Shown here piece after piece: positions 45,979-56,320 of a DNA stretch of 64,000 nucleotides. Under the pieces are notes generated by a model. The model was not told where the DNA came from, made no database searches, and saw only the letters and a list, made by a program, of their open reading frames with translations. Origin of the DNA: a virus. The position numbers and the translations under genes were made by a program. Location: UHGV virus genome UHGV-1366990; one strand, given 5' to 3'. How positions within the stretch are numbered: the stretch's first letter is position 1; the number at the start of each line of letters is the position of its first letter.

Positions 45979-46304
45979 TGAAATGTAAAATCCTGCTCTT
46001 GTTGGTACTGATAGCCGGGTGTGTAAACGCCGCGCCACCGTCCAAACTGAACACATGTGTGGCATGGATGGAGACGTATCAGCAGTTCCACCCAGATGAC
46101 AAGGATACATCTATCCTCCTGTCCGACTTCGAGGGGGAGCTGAAGCGCCTTGATCTGTTCAGTGTTGATCAGATAGAGAATGCGCTGGATCTTCCCATGA
46201 TGCTGACTGCGGCTGATAACAGTCCACAAACGAAGAAAGACCTGATGTATTGTCGGGGGATTGCCCAGGACTTTGTCGGATTTCAAAATAAAGTTTCGGG
46301 TTAA
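45978..46304 (+). CDS. putative lipoprotein (108 aa)
   Basis: MKCKILLLLVLIAGC: lipobox L-I-A-G-C; overlaps the upstream stop. Confidence 0.55.
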   Translation: MKCKILLLLVLIAGCVNAAPPSKLNTCVAWMETYQQFHPDDKDTSILLSDFEGELKRLDLFSVDQIENALDLPMMLTAADNSPQTKKDLMYCRGIAQDFVGFQNKVSG

Positions 46305-46343
46305 AATTTAGCCCTACATTGTGAACTGAAGGAATACACTGTG

Positions 46344-47210
46344 ATGCTCCTGACCAAAACAATCGCTGCGGCGATTATCGAAAAGAATAAGGCTTTTGCC
46401 CCCAACGCAGCCAAAGTTATGTTGGTACACGAAGACGCTCGCGTGATCTTCGCCGAGAAGTTCGAGATGGGTGCGAAGTTCTGGTATGCCGACAACTTAC
46501 GTGAGAGCAAACTTCAGGGTATCATCCACAAACTGACTCTGGTCGCCAAGCGTAATGACCAGGGTGACTGGGTCGGCGTTTCTGACTTCAGTACGAAGAT
46601 CACCCCAAAGGCTCCGCTTTCTCGTCAAGAGCGCATTCTGGAAGCCCAGGAAAAGCTGCGTGCGGCTCGGAGTACCACAAAGGCGAAACCAGATACAAGC
46701 CCTGTCATCAAGCCAGCGGTTGTTCCTAAGTCCAAATACCTCCCACCCGTGAGTCAAAAGGCTGTGGAGCAATTGGTTGAGAAGCGCAAGGGTGACGTTG
46801 TGATGAAGTCTGACTCTTCAGTGGAGCCGTTCAAGCCGGATCCAGCAGAAGTACAGGCGCTGGCAGAAAAGGTAAAGAATTCACAATTCATTTCCCTGCG
46901 TGAACTTGAACCGCCTACTCGCCGTCGTATCGCCAACGAGCTGTTTGTGTCGTTCAGGTCGGATGGTAAGATCATCCTGTGCAAAGCCCTGCGCGATGCA
47001 ATCCCTTGGACAACTCTGAACATGATGGTCACTCGCGACTTCAAGCGTTTTGGTATCATGCAAGGCAAGGACTACAACGTCAACCAGAGCGGGACTTATG
47101 TTAATCGCGCCATGTGTGACAAACTGACCTTCCCAGAAGATACCGGAACGATCCGTGTCGTTCTGAATTGGGACGACAAGCTGAACATGTATGTTGGCGA
47201 TTTCCAATAA
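46344..47210 (+). CDS. hypothetical protein (288 aa)
   Basis: ATG one codon after GTG 46341; Lys/Pro-rich central linker. Confidence 0.55.
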   Translation: MLLTKTIAAAIIEKNKAFAPNAAKVMLVHEDARVIFAEKFEMGAKFWYADNLRESKLQGIIHKLTLVAKRNDQGDWVGVSDFSTKITPKAPLSRQERILEAQEKLRAARSTTKAKPDTSPVIKPAVVPKSKYLPPVSQKAVEQLVEKRKGDVVMKSDSSVEPFKPDPAEVQALAEKVKNSQFISLRELEPPTRRRIANELFVSFRSDGKIILCKALRDAIPWTTLNMMVTRDFKRFGIMQGKDYNVNQSGTYVNRAMCDKLTFPEDTGTIRVVLNWDDKLNMYVGDFQ

Positions 47211-47266
47211 TCAATAACCTCGGGCGGCTTATCATAAAGCTGCCCTTTCATTTGAGAGACTATATC

Positions 47267-47929
47267 ATGGAAAAACTTTATTCTATTATCGTCGGTCCTG
47301 ATCCTGACGGATTATTCTTCGCCCCGTTGTCTTATATTGCCCACGCCCGTATCGGTAGCCATTACGCATATTGCACACGTGGCCACGACGGTTCCAATAT
47401 CCTCCATTATAACCGCATGAACGATTTCCTGGCACTTCAACCAGAAGATGTTGTGCTGGCGCGTCGCGTGTTCATCGACTTCAACGCTATGCACAACAAC
47501 GAAATTGACGCTCGCTATCATGCCATGCGTTCTATGGAAGGGGGAGACTGCATTTATCGCATCGACCATTTTAGTGAGTTTACCGAATGTATTGATTGGT
47601 TCGTTTCAGAAAAGACGTTGGGTGAAAGAATCGTCACAACTCCGTGGGCGCATGCGGAACAACTTCGTGTGTCTACCGATGCGTACAAAGAAGTCGACAA
47701 TCTGTGCAACAAGTTCCGCATCTCGGTGACCTGTAATCAAGACCTGGGCGAAGAGATACAATGGACAGCTGAGTCTCCTCATTTCAGTGGCCTGGTGATG
47801 ACGGCCGAAACCCGTTCCCGTGCTGTTGTCCAGTTAGTACTCTGGGCGTTCTACCAGCGCACCCCGTTCTCATACATGGGACAGAAAGAGATTGATGAAC
47901 TCCTGAAGTCTCACGCGGTGGAGGTGTAA
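47267..47929 (+). CDS. hypothetical protein (220 aa)
   Basis: ATG in the conserved GAGAGACTATATCATG start region. Confidence 0.55.
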   Translation: MEKLYSIIVGPDPDGLFFAPLSYIAHARIGSHYAYCTRGHDGSNILHYNRMNDFLALQPEDVVLARRVFIDFNAMHNNEIDARYHAMRSMEGGDCIYRIDHFSEFTECIDWFVSEKTLGERIVTTPWAHAEQLRVSTDAYKEVDNLCNKFRISVTCNQDLGEEIQWTAESPHFSGLVMTAETRSRAVVQLVLWAFYQRTPFSYMGQKEIDELLKSHAVEV

Positions 47930-47930
47930 T

Positions 47931-48371
47931 ATGGCTGGCGTATGGTGTGATGTCTTGCTGGTTCGTTACAGCGTAAATGGGTGTGCCCAAGTGCGTTCCG
48001 CCTTCTATCCAGTACCGTTCTCCTCTGGTGGCCTTACAGCCCAGAGGGTGTTAAGTATCGAAGCAGAACTGAACGCGAAGACATATATCGGCGATACACA
48101 AGTGTTGGGATACGATCTTCTGAACGAAATGTTGATCGATGAAGATAAGGTAGAAACCATTATTGTTAGCCGTCAAGAAATGGAGGTCTTGATGAAACCG
48201 GAAGGCACCGAAAAGACTGAAGTTCAAACGGTGTCTGTGCCTGTCACACCAACACAGGAACGCCTTGATGCCATTGCTGGATTATTCACGCATGGATTTT
48301 GTGATGATCGCATGGCTCGTGGTATCTATGCCGCCGCACTGGGCGTTGAGAAACAAACGGAGCAAATATGA
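47931..48371 (+). CDS. hypothetical protein (146 aa)
   Basis: ATG 1 nt after the upstream stop. Confidence 0.45.
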   Translation: MAGVWCDVLLVRYSVNGCAQVRSAFYPVPFSSGGLTAQRVLSIEAELNAKTYIGDTQVLGYDLLNEMLIDEDKVETIIVSRQEMEVLMKPEGTEKTEVQTVSVPVTPTQERLDAIAGLFTHGFCDDRMARGIYAAALGVEKQTEQI

Positions 48372-48496
48372 GCACAAAGACTGAAGACGTGGCGAAAGGC
48401 TATTAATTCCGCTTTATTCAATAAAATTTGTTAGTTAAACTGTAGTCCTCTTGTAGTGAACATGAAAGTAAACATTAACCCAACGGAGAAATCCAG

Positions 48497-48775
48497 ATGA
48501 ATCGTACTGAATTTGTTGCCCACATTGCTTCGACCCAGAATATCACCAAAGGCGAAGCGGAGAAAGTAGTGGCATCCTTTATCAACGGTGTTAAAACTGC
48601 AGTTGCTGCGGGCGCATCTGTACAGCTGGTCGGCTTCGGTGCGTTCGAAGTGAAACACCAAGAAGCGCGTGAAGGCCGCAACCCTCTGGACGGCCAGACC
48701 ATTCAGATCGCGGCGAAAAACGTTGTGAAATTCAAAGTGGGCGAAGGTCTGAAGAACGCTGCCAACGGCAAGTAA
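48497..48775 (+). CDS. HU/IHF-like histone-like DNA-binding protein
   Basis: GFGAFEV...R.GRNP.DGQTIQIAAK...F is the HU-family signature; GGAGAAA Shine-Dalgarno. Confidence 0.8.
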   Translation: MNRTEFVAHIASTQNITKGEAEKVVASFINGVKTAVAAGASVQLVGFGAFEVKHQEAREGRNPLDGQTIQIAAKNVVKFKVGEGLKNAANGK

Positions 48776-48825
48776 TTCTATCTGACGCGCGGCCAGACTC
48801 TGCAATACAGGGCATGGCAAAAGAG

Positions 48826-48856
48826 AAAGCCGGAGTACAATGCTCCGGCTTTTTCG
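48826..48856 (+). terminator. rho-independent terminator GCCGGAG-TACAATG-CTCCGGC-TTTTT
   Basis: 7-bp stem plus U-tract after the HU-like gene. Confidence 0.7.
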
Positions 48857-48904
48857 TTCTTGGGGATCGGGTAAACTATAGGCGAATCCCATAGGAGGAA
48901 GAAA

Positions 48905-50623
48905 GTGACAGCATTCAACCAATATACCAAGGCGCTTGACGGCGTCGGACCAGTCAGCATAGACCACATCAAGTCTCTTGCCACTGAGTTCTTCCCGTAT
49001 GACACCGCCAACCCCGGCCAGATGGAATGCATCGTTGAAGCCATTGATGCCCTTGTGAATAAGAAATTCAAACACGTGATCATCGAGGCTCCGACTGGTG
49101 TAGGTAAATCCCTCATCGGCACTACCATCCATAACGTGCTTCGCCATTTGGTTCTTGAGCACAACCCGTATGGTCAGTTCCGCACGTCTATCACGACGCC
49201 GACCAAAGGTTTACAGGATCAGTATGCAGCAGAGAAAGCCGTGGCGATAGACATCCTGAAGGGCAAGAAGAACTACCGTTGCCACATCAGTCCCGACCTA
49301 TACTACAACGCCATTCAGTGCCGTATGGCATGCCGTGATGGCCACTGTAGTAAGAATCGTTGCCCATATGTTCAGGCGCGTCGACAGTGGACCGACGTCT
49401 CCTCCCTGCGCTGCACCAACGCCGCCATGATGGTGGAGATGTGTACGACGATTTGTATGAAGCCGGAAAACCGTGCCGATATGCTGATCCTTGACGAGTG
49501 TCATAAAATGCCCTCTACGCTCCTAGAGCATACTATCATGGAATACAGCACAAAGGCTGTGGAAGGGCTGCTTACGATCCCCGAGGGAGTGCCTATCGTG
49601 GAGACCATCAAGGATATCATCACCCGCACAGAGAACTATGAATTGGGCAAGCTGTATTCCCTGTCTGGTGAGATGCATGCGATATTTGATGAACTGCACG
49701 GCAAGGTTGAAGCCCTGTTGGAAACTCTTGAGGAACTGGTGGAGGACGAGCGCCTGACTGAAGCCCAGGTGATGAAGCTGTCTGATATTATTGATAATCT
49801 TCACAACCTCAGCGACTACTGTGGTATCATGGGGCAGACCAACGCCAGCACTTTCATCGTACAGGAGAAGGACAAGGGTATGATTCAGTTCAAGCCTGTC
49901 ATCGCCTCTGATGTATCCCAGTTCGGCCTGTTCCGCAAGGGTGACTACCACGTTCACATGTCGGCTACCATTTGTGGGATTGACTCGTACGCCCGGTCAC
50001 TGGGTATCCGCGAGGGTGAGTACCACAAGATACAGATCGGCAACCCTATCCCGATTGAGAACCGGAAAGTCAACTACATGCCCATCATGAAGATGACAGC
50101 GAACATGGGTGACTACGAGATGAAGAAGCTGGCTGAATACGTGGATGAAATTATCGCGTTCCACCCTGGACAGTCTGGCATCATTCACACAGTCAGTTAT
50201 GACCGCGCCCTGGCTCTACAAAAGTTCAGTAAGTACCGGAATATGATTCACGTTCCTCGTACTCGTAAGGCTCTGATGGACATCATGGAACACGCGTTCA
50301 GGACGAAGACGCCTTGTGTCATCGCCAGTCCGGCCATGGAAGAGGGGTATGACTTCAAAGGTGATTATAGTCGATTTCAGATCTTGATCAAGGTGCCATA
50401 CGATTACCTTGGTGATCCTCTGGTGGCCCACGTCAACAGTGTGGACCCATCGGCGTACTTCAGGATGGCGGTACTGCGTATCGTTCAGATGTGTGGGCGT
50501 TCGGTCAGGGGCGTGAATGACTGGGCTGCGACGTACATCCTTGATTCTTCTTTTGAATCACTGATGATGCGCAACCCAGAGTTCTTCCCCGCTTGGTTCA
50601 CTGATGCCGTGTTTGAGGTTTAG
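48905..50623 (+). CDS. Rad3/XPD/DinG-family SF2 helicase
   Basis: EAPTGVGKS Walker A, LILDECH, C-terminal GRSVRG...DWAATYILD; GTG start after GGAGGAAG. Confidence 0.65.
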   Translation: MTAFNQYTKALDGVGPVSIDHIKSLATEFFPYDTANPGQMECIVEAIDALVNKKFKHVIIEAPTGVGKSLIGTTIHNVLRHLVLEHNPYGQFRTSITTPTKGLQDQYAAEKAVAIDILKGKKNYRCHISPDLYYNAIQCRMACRDGHCSKNRCPYVQARRQWTDVSSLRCTNAAMMVEMCTTICMKPENRADMLILDECHKMPSTLLEHTIMEYSTKAVEGLLTIPEGVPIVETIKDIITRTENYELGKLYSLSGEMHAIFDELHGKVEALLETLEELVEDERLTEAQVMKLSDIIDNLHNLSDYCGIMGQTNASTFIVQEKDKGMIQFKPVIASDVSQFGLFRKGDYHVHMSATICGIDSYARSLGIREGEYHKIQIGNPIPIENRKVNYMPIMKMTANMGDYEMKKLAEYVDEIIAFHPGQSGIIHTVSYDRALALQKFSKYRNMIHVPRTRKALMDIMEHAFRTKTPCVIASPAMEEGYDFKGDYSRFQILIKVPYDYLGDPLVAHVNSVDPSAYFRMAVLRIVQMCGRSVRGVNDWAATYILDSSFESLMMRNPEFFPAWFTDAVFEV

Positions 50624-51387
50624 TAACCCGCAACGAAGGACAGATGGCACTTGACATTCGGTTCCAACGACGTCACAGAAACCGTCATATTGTCCGTATC
50701 TTGGCTGAAGTCAATGGTGGCGAGAGGTTTGGTCTGAATATGGTTGTATACACTGTAGATCAGATCCTCGCCACGATACCCTACCTTCCCGTCTGTGTCT
50801 TGCCAATGACCCAGTGTCTCATCGTAGACATGCACTCTGAACTCGATCATATGGAAGAGTGCCTTGGGGATGTCCTTGAGTACGCTGGTACCAACCACGG
50901 GAATCTCTATGCTGGAATCATTGGAGTTCCCTTCATAGACCGAAGCCCATGCAAAGGTAGGATCACCCCCAGCAACAGGGGTTCGCTTCCAGTATTGGAA
51001 TTCTGGGTTGCCCGAAGCGTTCTTCTGGAGTAGAATGACCTCACCACCTGTGAAGTTCGAGGTATCGATGTCGCCTCGCTGAAGTTCATCTGCTGGAGAT
51101 CCAATAAATTTCCAGCCTTCGCGATCCAGTAAAGACTTATAATAGTCGGTGAACACGTTGCTGTCTTCTGCATCGTTGATGGCATCTTTGAGACCTTGGC
51201 CTGTCACCATCTCGTTGAGCTTCAACCACATGTTCTTGACAGCAGAAGCTGCTGCGACTTGTCCAGCAGTCCCACCTGCAGTATAATCATAGATGATATC
51301 TTCTGACTTGATAGCATCATAGATAGAGAGGAGCAATTGCTCAATCTGCGGGGCGGTGAGACTGAAACGATATGCGCGGGGTGCCAT
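50620..51387 (-). CDS. hypothetical protein (255 aa)
   Basis: Minus ORF; ATG with GAGGAA Shine-Dalgarno at 51387; divergent from RNase H. Confidence 0.5.
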   Translation of the reverse strand: MAPRAYRFSLTAPQIEQLLLSIYDAIKSEDIIYDYTAGGTAGQVAAASAVKNMWLKLNEMVTGQGLKDAINDAEDSNVFTDYYKSLLDREGWKFIGSPADELQRGDIDTSNFTGGEVILLQKNASGNPEFQYWKRTPVAGGDPTFAWASVYEGNSNDSSIEIPVVGTSVLKDIPKALFHMIEFRVHVYDETLGHWQDTDGKVGYRGEDLIYSVYNHIQTKPLATIDFSQDTDNMTVSVTSLEPNVKCHLSFVAGY

Positions 51388-51432
51388 AGTTTCATTCCTC
51401 TTTCTATAAAACCAGTTTGGGATATTTATATC

Positions 51433-51960
51433 ATGATAGAAATTTATTCTGACGGGGGTTCTAACCCGAAGACCAACCAGGCCGCAGGCTGGGCATTTGT
51501 CATCAGGCCAATAACGGGTATGCAATGGAAGGTGTTCTTCGGTCATCTACCTCCCCCGTCCACCAACAATATCGCCGAGTTGTTGGGTGTGACCAACGCA
51601 TTGAAGCTACTGTGGGCATTCTCAGGAAAGGGTGAGCGCAGAATACCAAAGGCAACAATTTGGTCTGACAGCCAATATGCCATCAAGAGTGTCACCGAAT
51701 GGCGAACGAAGTGGGAGTATCAGGGGTTCCCAGAAAAGAACGTTGAACTCATCAAAGATCTGTTCAGAATCTATGATCTCGTTTGTTCAATTTGTGATGT
51801 TGAACTAAAATGGGTTAAGGGTCATGCGGGACACGAAGGCAACGAACTTGCCGATGACTGGGCTACAGCAGCCAAAAACGACAGCAACTTCCTGATTGAG
51901 AATGACAAGATCTCGGTGAGGAAGGTTGTTGGATCTTTTGATGAATTTATCGGTATCTGA
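51433..51960 (+). CDS. rnh: ribonuclease H (RNase HI type)
   Basis: IEIYSDGG, NNIAELLG, IWSDSQYAI, KGHAGHEGNELADDWA: canonical RNase HI catalytic motifs. Confidence 0.85.
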   Translation: MIEIYSDGGSNPKTNQAAGWAFVIRPITGMQWKVFFGHLPPPSTNNIAELLGVTNALKLLWAFSGKGERRIPKATIWSDSQYAIKSVTEWRTKWEYQGFPEKNVELIKDLFRIYDLVCSICDVELKWVKGHAGHEGNELADDWATAAKNDSNFLIENDKISVRKVVGSFDEFIGI

Positions 51961-51971
51961 GGACTATCATA

Positions 51972-52700
51972 ATGGGAATGAACTTCGTGGACAGAGGGGA
52001 GAATGTCGTCAAATATTTCACGGACGAAGACAACGAGCGTGTCATTAGTATCCTTCGTGATTGGATCCCTGCTCGCAAGAAAGCACTTGCTGAGGGCACC
52101 AGGCTTCCAAAGATCCCCAACTATGTTGCTCTGCAGGTCCAGCGCATCATCACCAAGATGAGTACCCGCTACAACTATCGCGATTATCCCTTCCGTGAAG
52201 ACATGGTCTCTGAAGCAATCGTCAACATCCTGCGTTACCTCCACACATTTGACGTCGACCACATCGGTAAGAAAGGGAAGATCAACTTCTTTTCTTGGGT
52301 GACCATGTGTGCTGATCGCTCATTTGCCCGTAAACTGAACATCGAAGAAGAGCACACGTACATTAAATTGCGCTCATTTGAAGAGGCGGGTGGGTTCGCA
52401 GGCCTGGCAGACGATCCCGACTTCCAACAAGAGATCTTTGTTGATGCTACAGGAATTGGCATGGACTTCCGTGAACGTATCGGCAACTTTGAGAACAAAA
52501 AGGACGCTCAAAGGCAAAAGGAGCGAGAGAAGGTGGAGGCGGCTCGTCTCGCAGAATCGAATAAAAAGATTGCGAAAGGCATACTTCAATACATGGCGCA
52601 GGCTAAGAATACGACACCAGCGCAGGCCGAAGAAAATTTAGATCAGGACTTCGGCAATACCCAATTCGGCCTAGACGAAACCGAAGGAGAAACAGAATAA
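51972..52700 (+). CDS. late-transcription sigma factor (T4 gp55-like)
   Basis: Central region shows recalled gp55-like spacing; sits next to gp47/gp46 as in T4. Confidence 0.55.
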   Translation: MGMNFVDRGENVVKYFTDEDNERVISILRDWIPARKKALAEGTRLPKIPNYVALQVQRIITKMSTRYNYRDYPFREDMVSEAIVNILRYLHTFDVDHIGKKGKINFFSWVTMCADRSFARKLNIEEEHTYIKLRSFEEAGGFAGLADDPDFQQEIFVDATGIGMDFRERIGNFENKKDAQRQKEREKVEAARLAESNKKIAKGILQYMAQAKNTTPAQAEENLDQDFGNTQFGLDETEGETE

Positions 52701-53815
52701 TGGCGATTGCTAAAATTGGTGATCTGCATATCGGGAGCCGTAATGGTTCTCGATACGTTCGCGACTTCATCAAGAACTATCTCATCAATTATTTCATTCC
52801 TGAACTTGCCGACTCTGATATCAAAGAGGTCTGGCAGTTCGGTGATACGTTTGATGTCCGCAAATTCATGTACGGTCGTGACAAAGACTGGCTGAAGGAT
52901 GAACTCACCCCTGCATTGAAAGCGGCTGGTATCAAGTGGAATGGCATCGTGGGCAACCATGACATCACCCTGGAAGAGTCCAACCGCATCAACTGGCCAT
53001 CCTACCTGAACGAACTCGACCCGGATGTGTACTGCTATTACAGCGAACCGACCGAAGTGATGATCGAGGGTGTCAAGACTTTGCTGCTGCCTTGGATCAA
53101 CAAGGAGAACTATGATGCGTCTATTAAAGCGATACGAGATACAGACGCCGAGTACTGTTTTGCGCATCTGGAGCTGGCGGGGTTCAAAATGTACCAGTCT
53201 TCTACTTGTGATCACGGTCAGATCGACGTTGCTCTGCTTTCCAAGTTTACCAGGGTCGACACGGGCCATTTCCATACCCGTTCGATGGAAGGTAACATTC
53301 AATATATTGGGACTCCGTATCACCTGAACTGGGAAGACTACAAAGACGGCACCAATCGTGGCTTCTATGTGGACGACATGCGTGGTGGTGAGATCTTTAT
53401 CCCGAACGCCGAGCACCAGACGCTGTTCCGCTATGTGGAATATGATTACACCAAGTTGTCCTCTGATGAAGAAGGCAATTGGATCGACCCGGAATGGTTG
53501 AACACAGGCTTGGGTATTGAAGGGCAAATTGTTAAGGTTATTGTACAGAACCGCGACAATGCTAAGCATTATGAAAAGTTCTGTGATGCCATGAAGCGAT
53601 GCAAGTGTATTGACTACAACTTCATCGACCGGACGATTACTGTTGCTGCCGAGAAGGTTGAGGTCACCGAAGAGATGGTGGCGACCGATGCGGTGGAAGT
53701 CTTGAAGAAGGATATCCGCGCCGGGAACAACATTCAGCGCCCCGACAACGTCTGTAAACTAGCAGAGCACTTCTATAATGCTGCCCAACAACGCCTGAAC
53801 AAACTGGATGCATAA
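52700..53815 (+). CDS. recombination nuclease subunit, Mre11/SbcD-like (T4 gp47-like)
   Basis: Phosphoesterase motifs GDLHIG, GDTFD, GNHD. Confidence 0.85.
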   Translation: MAIAKIGDLHIGSRNGSRYVRDFIKNYLINYFIPELADSDIKEVWQFGDTFDVRKFMYGRDKDWLKDELTPALKAAGIKWNGIVGNHDITLEESNRINWPSYLNELDPDVYCYYSEPTEVMIEGVKTLLLPWINKENYDASIKAIRDTDAEYCFAHLELAGFKMYQSSTCDHGQIDVALLSKFTRVDTGHFHTRSMEGNIQYIGTPYHLNWEDYKDGTNRGFYVDDMRGGEIFIPNAEHQTLFRYVEYDYTKLSSDEEGNWIDPEWLNTGLGIEGQIVKVIVQNRDNAKHYEKFCDAMKRCKCIDYNFIDRTITVAAEKVEVTEEMVATDAVEVLKKDIRAGNNIQRPDNVCKLAEHFYNAAQQRLNKLDA

Positions 53816-53816
53816 C

Positions 53817-56153
53817 ATGACTCAGAGCACAGATATCTTGACCAAATTTGGTAATCTTTTGAAGGAAGCCGACGCCCCGGTTGAGGTTGAAGTCCCATTT
53901 GAAGTGCGTAACGTTGTTACACACAAACTGACCTTCCGTAAAGGCCGCGCCAAGAACTTCCGCTCCATCGGCAATCAGTTCATGGAGATTGATTATCAGC
54001 GCAACCCGGCCACCCTTGTCACGTCTGATGACAACGGCGCGGGTAAATCCACGATGCTGGTATGGCTGCTGTTTTTCGTACTGTACAACGACACATACAG
54101 CAAGAAGGAGAAGAAGGCAGGCCTGGTTAACTCACAGAGCCGCAAGGAATGTGTGGGTGAGGTGGAGTTTGCCTGCCGTGGTAGCGAATGGAAGGTTCGC
54201 CGTGGCATTAAACCTGACTTTGTTGAAGTCTACCAGATGGTGGACGGCAAGTGGTTGCAGATCGATAACGAAGCAGCCAAAGCCGACATGAACAAGTACA
54301 TCGTGAACCTCATCGGCGTGGACCAGAAGATGTTTGAGAACTCTCTGGTGCTGGGTAAAGAGAAGTTCATTCCGTTCACGGAGATGTACACAGCCGACCG
54401 CCGCGCCATGGTGGAGACTATCTGGGACTTGGGCTTCTTCAGCCTGATGAACGAAGATGTCAAGGCATCCATCAAGAAAGCGAACGAAAAGCTGGACACG
54501 ATCGCGAATGAATGTGCGTTGAAGGTTGTTGACCACACCAACAAGAAGACGCAGCTTCAGCAGATCGAGCAATCCAACGCCCTGATCCAACAGCAGTCGG
54601 CCGATATCCTTGTGCAGCAACAGGAAGCCCTGAATTCCTTGGATGCTGACATCGCCGCCCAGAATGAAGAGCGCACCCGCCTCACTGCGGTTGAGTTCGA
54701 AGCCAGCCAGGAAATGAAGACGGTAGAAAGCCGCCTGCATGATGAATCCATGGTGGAGATCGAGGCTGTCAAGAAAGACTTTGATGCCAAGATCCAGGCG
54801 GTGAAGGACGCCGCGCAGGACAAGGCTGACGATTATGAGCGCATCGAAGTGTCTACTGCGGAGCATGATCTTCAGGTCTTGCGTGACCGCGCCTTTACAG
54901 TGGCCGAACGCAAGAACACCCTGCTCACCGAGCGCAATGCAAACCTGGGTGCCCTGAACGCTGCTATTCAGCGCCGCCAGCAGGGTGAGAACTTCCGTAT
55001 CAAGTTCCAGACTGAAATGGAGGGGCATCAGTCGGCCATCAAGCGCTTCCACGATATGGGGACTTGCCCAACATGTACCCAACTGGTGTCCGACGATACC
55101 AAGGCGCGCATTGAAAGCGAGTACAATCCTCAGATCCAGGAACTGCAGTCGAAGTTAGATCAACTGGACAAAGTTACCGCCGATATCAATGTCCTGATCG
55201 ATGACCACAAAGCCCAGGACGGCAAGCTGGTTGCTGACATTGCTGTGTTGGATGCTGAACTAGATGCAATGCGCAAGCAGGCCGACGAAATCGTTGACAA
55301 CATCAAGCAGCTGCGCCGTGATATTCAAGGTTTTTATGATGCCGCCACGATTGAGTGTAATTCGCTGAACCGTGAATGCCAACAGAAGATCCTTGACATC
55401 CGTAAGGCACTGAACGTTCGTTTTGAAGACATCACTGCGTCACTACAACAAACGCGAGAGAATGCCGTCAGCGGGATTAAAGCCGTCGATGATAAGATCG
55501 CCGAGCTGAAAGCCCGTCGTGCTCCTCTCGTGGCGTCTATTGCCGATCTGGAGCGTAAACTGGCTGTACAGCCAACACCTACCACCGACCTAGAGAACTC
55601 TATCGCTGCGTTGGAGGGTGAACTGGAGGATCTATACCAGCGCGGCGAGGATGCCGACCAAGAACTCCAGGACTTACAGCACCTGCTGTTCTTCTTGAAA
55701 GATGACCAGACCAAGGCGCGTATCATCGCCCTGTATCTGCCATTCCTCAATAGCAAGATCAACGAGTATCTTGAAGCCCTCAACATGTTCTTGGACATCG
55801 TTGTTGACGATACCTTTGAGATCACCATGAGCGCGGCAGGCCGCAAGGGACAGAGTATCTTCTCCCTGTCTACTGGTCAGCGCAGTCGTCTGAACCTGGC
55901 TGTGACATTAGCTCTGCGCGATGTGGCTAACCTCAAGGCGTCTGTACAATGTAACCTGTTTGTCCTGGACGAGATCCTTGAGAACATGAGCGAGCGTGGG
56001 GTGCAGGAATCGGTTGAAATGTTGAAGCATAAGTTCGGCGGGAACAACCTGTTTGTTATTAGCCAGCGCGAACAGGAGTTCCAGGAATACTTCCAACACA
56101 ACATTCGCTACGGCTTGCGAAACGGCCTGACTGAAGTTATCAAGAAGGATTGA
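53817..56153 (+). CDS. recombination ATPase subunit, Rad50/SbcC-like (T4 gp46-like)
   Basis: Walker A GAGKST, long coiled coil, zinc hook CPTC, C-terminal LFVLDE Walker B. Confidence 0.85.
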   Translation: MTQSTDILTKFGNLLKEADAPVEVEVPFEVRNVVTHKLTFRKGRAKNFRSIGNQFMEIDYQRNPATLVTSDDNGAGKSTMLVWLLFFVLYNDTYSKKEKKAGLVNSQSRKECVGEVEFACRGSEWKVRRGIKPDFVEVYQMVDGKWLQIDNEAAKADMNKYIVNLIGVDQKMFENSLVLGKEKFIPFTEMYTADRRAMVETIWDLGFFSLMNEDVKASIKKANEKLDTIANECALKVVDHTNKKTQLQQIEQSNALIQQQSADILVQQQEALNSLDADIAAQNEERTRLTAVEFEASQEMKTVESRLHDESMVEIEAVKKDFDAKIQAVKDAAQDKADDYERIEVSTAEHDLQVLRDRAFTVAERKNTLLTERNANLGALNAAIQRRQQGENFRIKFQTEMEGHQSAIKRFHDMGTCPTCTQLVSDDTKARIESEYNPQIQELQSKLDQLDKVTADINVLIDDHKAQDGKLVADIAVLDAELDAMRKQADEIVDNIKQLRRDIQGFYDAATIECNSLNRECQQKILDIRKALNVRFEDITASLQQTRENAVSGIKAVDDKIAELKARRAPLVASIADLERKLAVQPTPTTDLENSIAALEGELEDLYQRGEDADQELQDLQHLLFFLKDDQTKARIIALYLPFLNSKINEYLEALNMFLDIVVDDTFEITMSAAGRKGQSIFSLSTGQRSRLNLAVTLALRDVANLKASVQCNLFVLDEILENMSERGVQESVEMLKHKFGGNNLFVISQREQEFQEYFQHNIRYGLRNGLTEVIKKD

Positions 56154-56155
56154 TC

Positions 56156-56320
56156 ATGAACTACGAACAAATTAAACTCGCAATACTGATCTTTGCATGC
56201 ATCATTGACATCGTTGCATTTTCTCGTGAAGTCGAAAGGAAAAACTACCTGAAATCACTGGGGTATCTCGGGTTCTCTGTCTGGTTCTGTTATCTACTTG
56301 CAGGTCAAATCCTGAAATGA
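56156..56320 (+). CDS. small two-helix membrane protein (54 aa; holin-like candidate)
   Basis: Two hydrophobic segments; translationally coupled at both ends; below the ORF-track cutoff. Confidence 0.35.
   Translation: MNYEQIKLAILIFACIIDIVAFSREVERKNYLKSLGYLGFSVWFCYLLAGQILK

Noticed and set aside
52643-55082. Long minus-strand ORFs (52643..53569, 54132..55082) inside gp47 and gp46
   Set aside because: Antisense to genes with phosphoesterase and Rad50 motifs.
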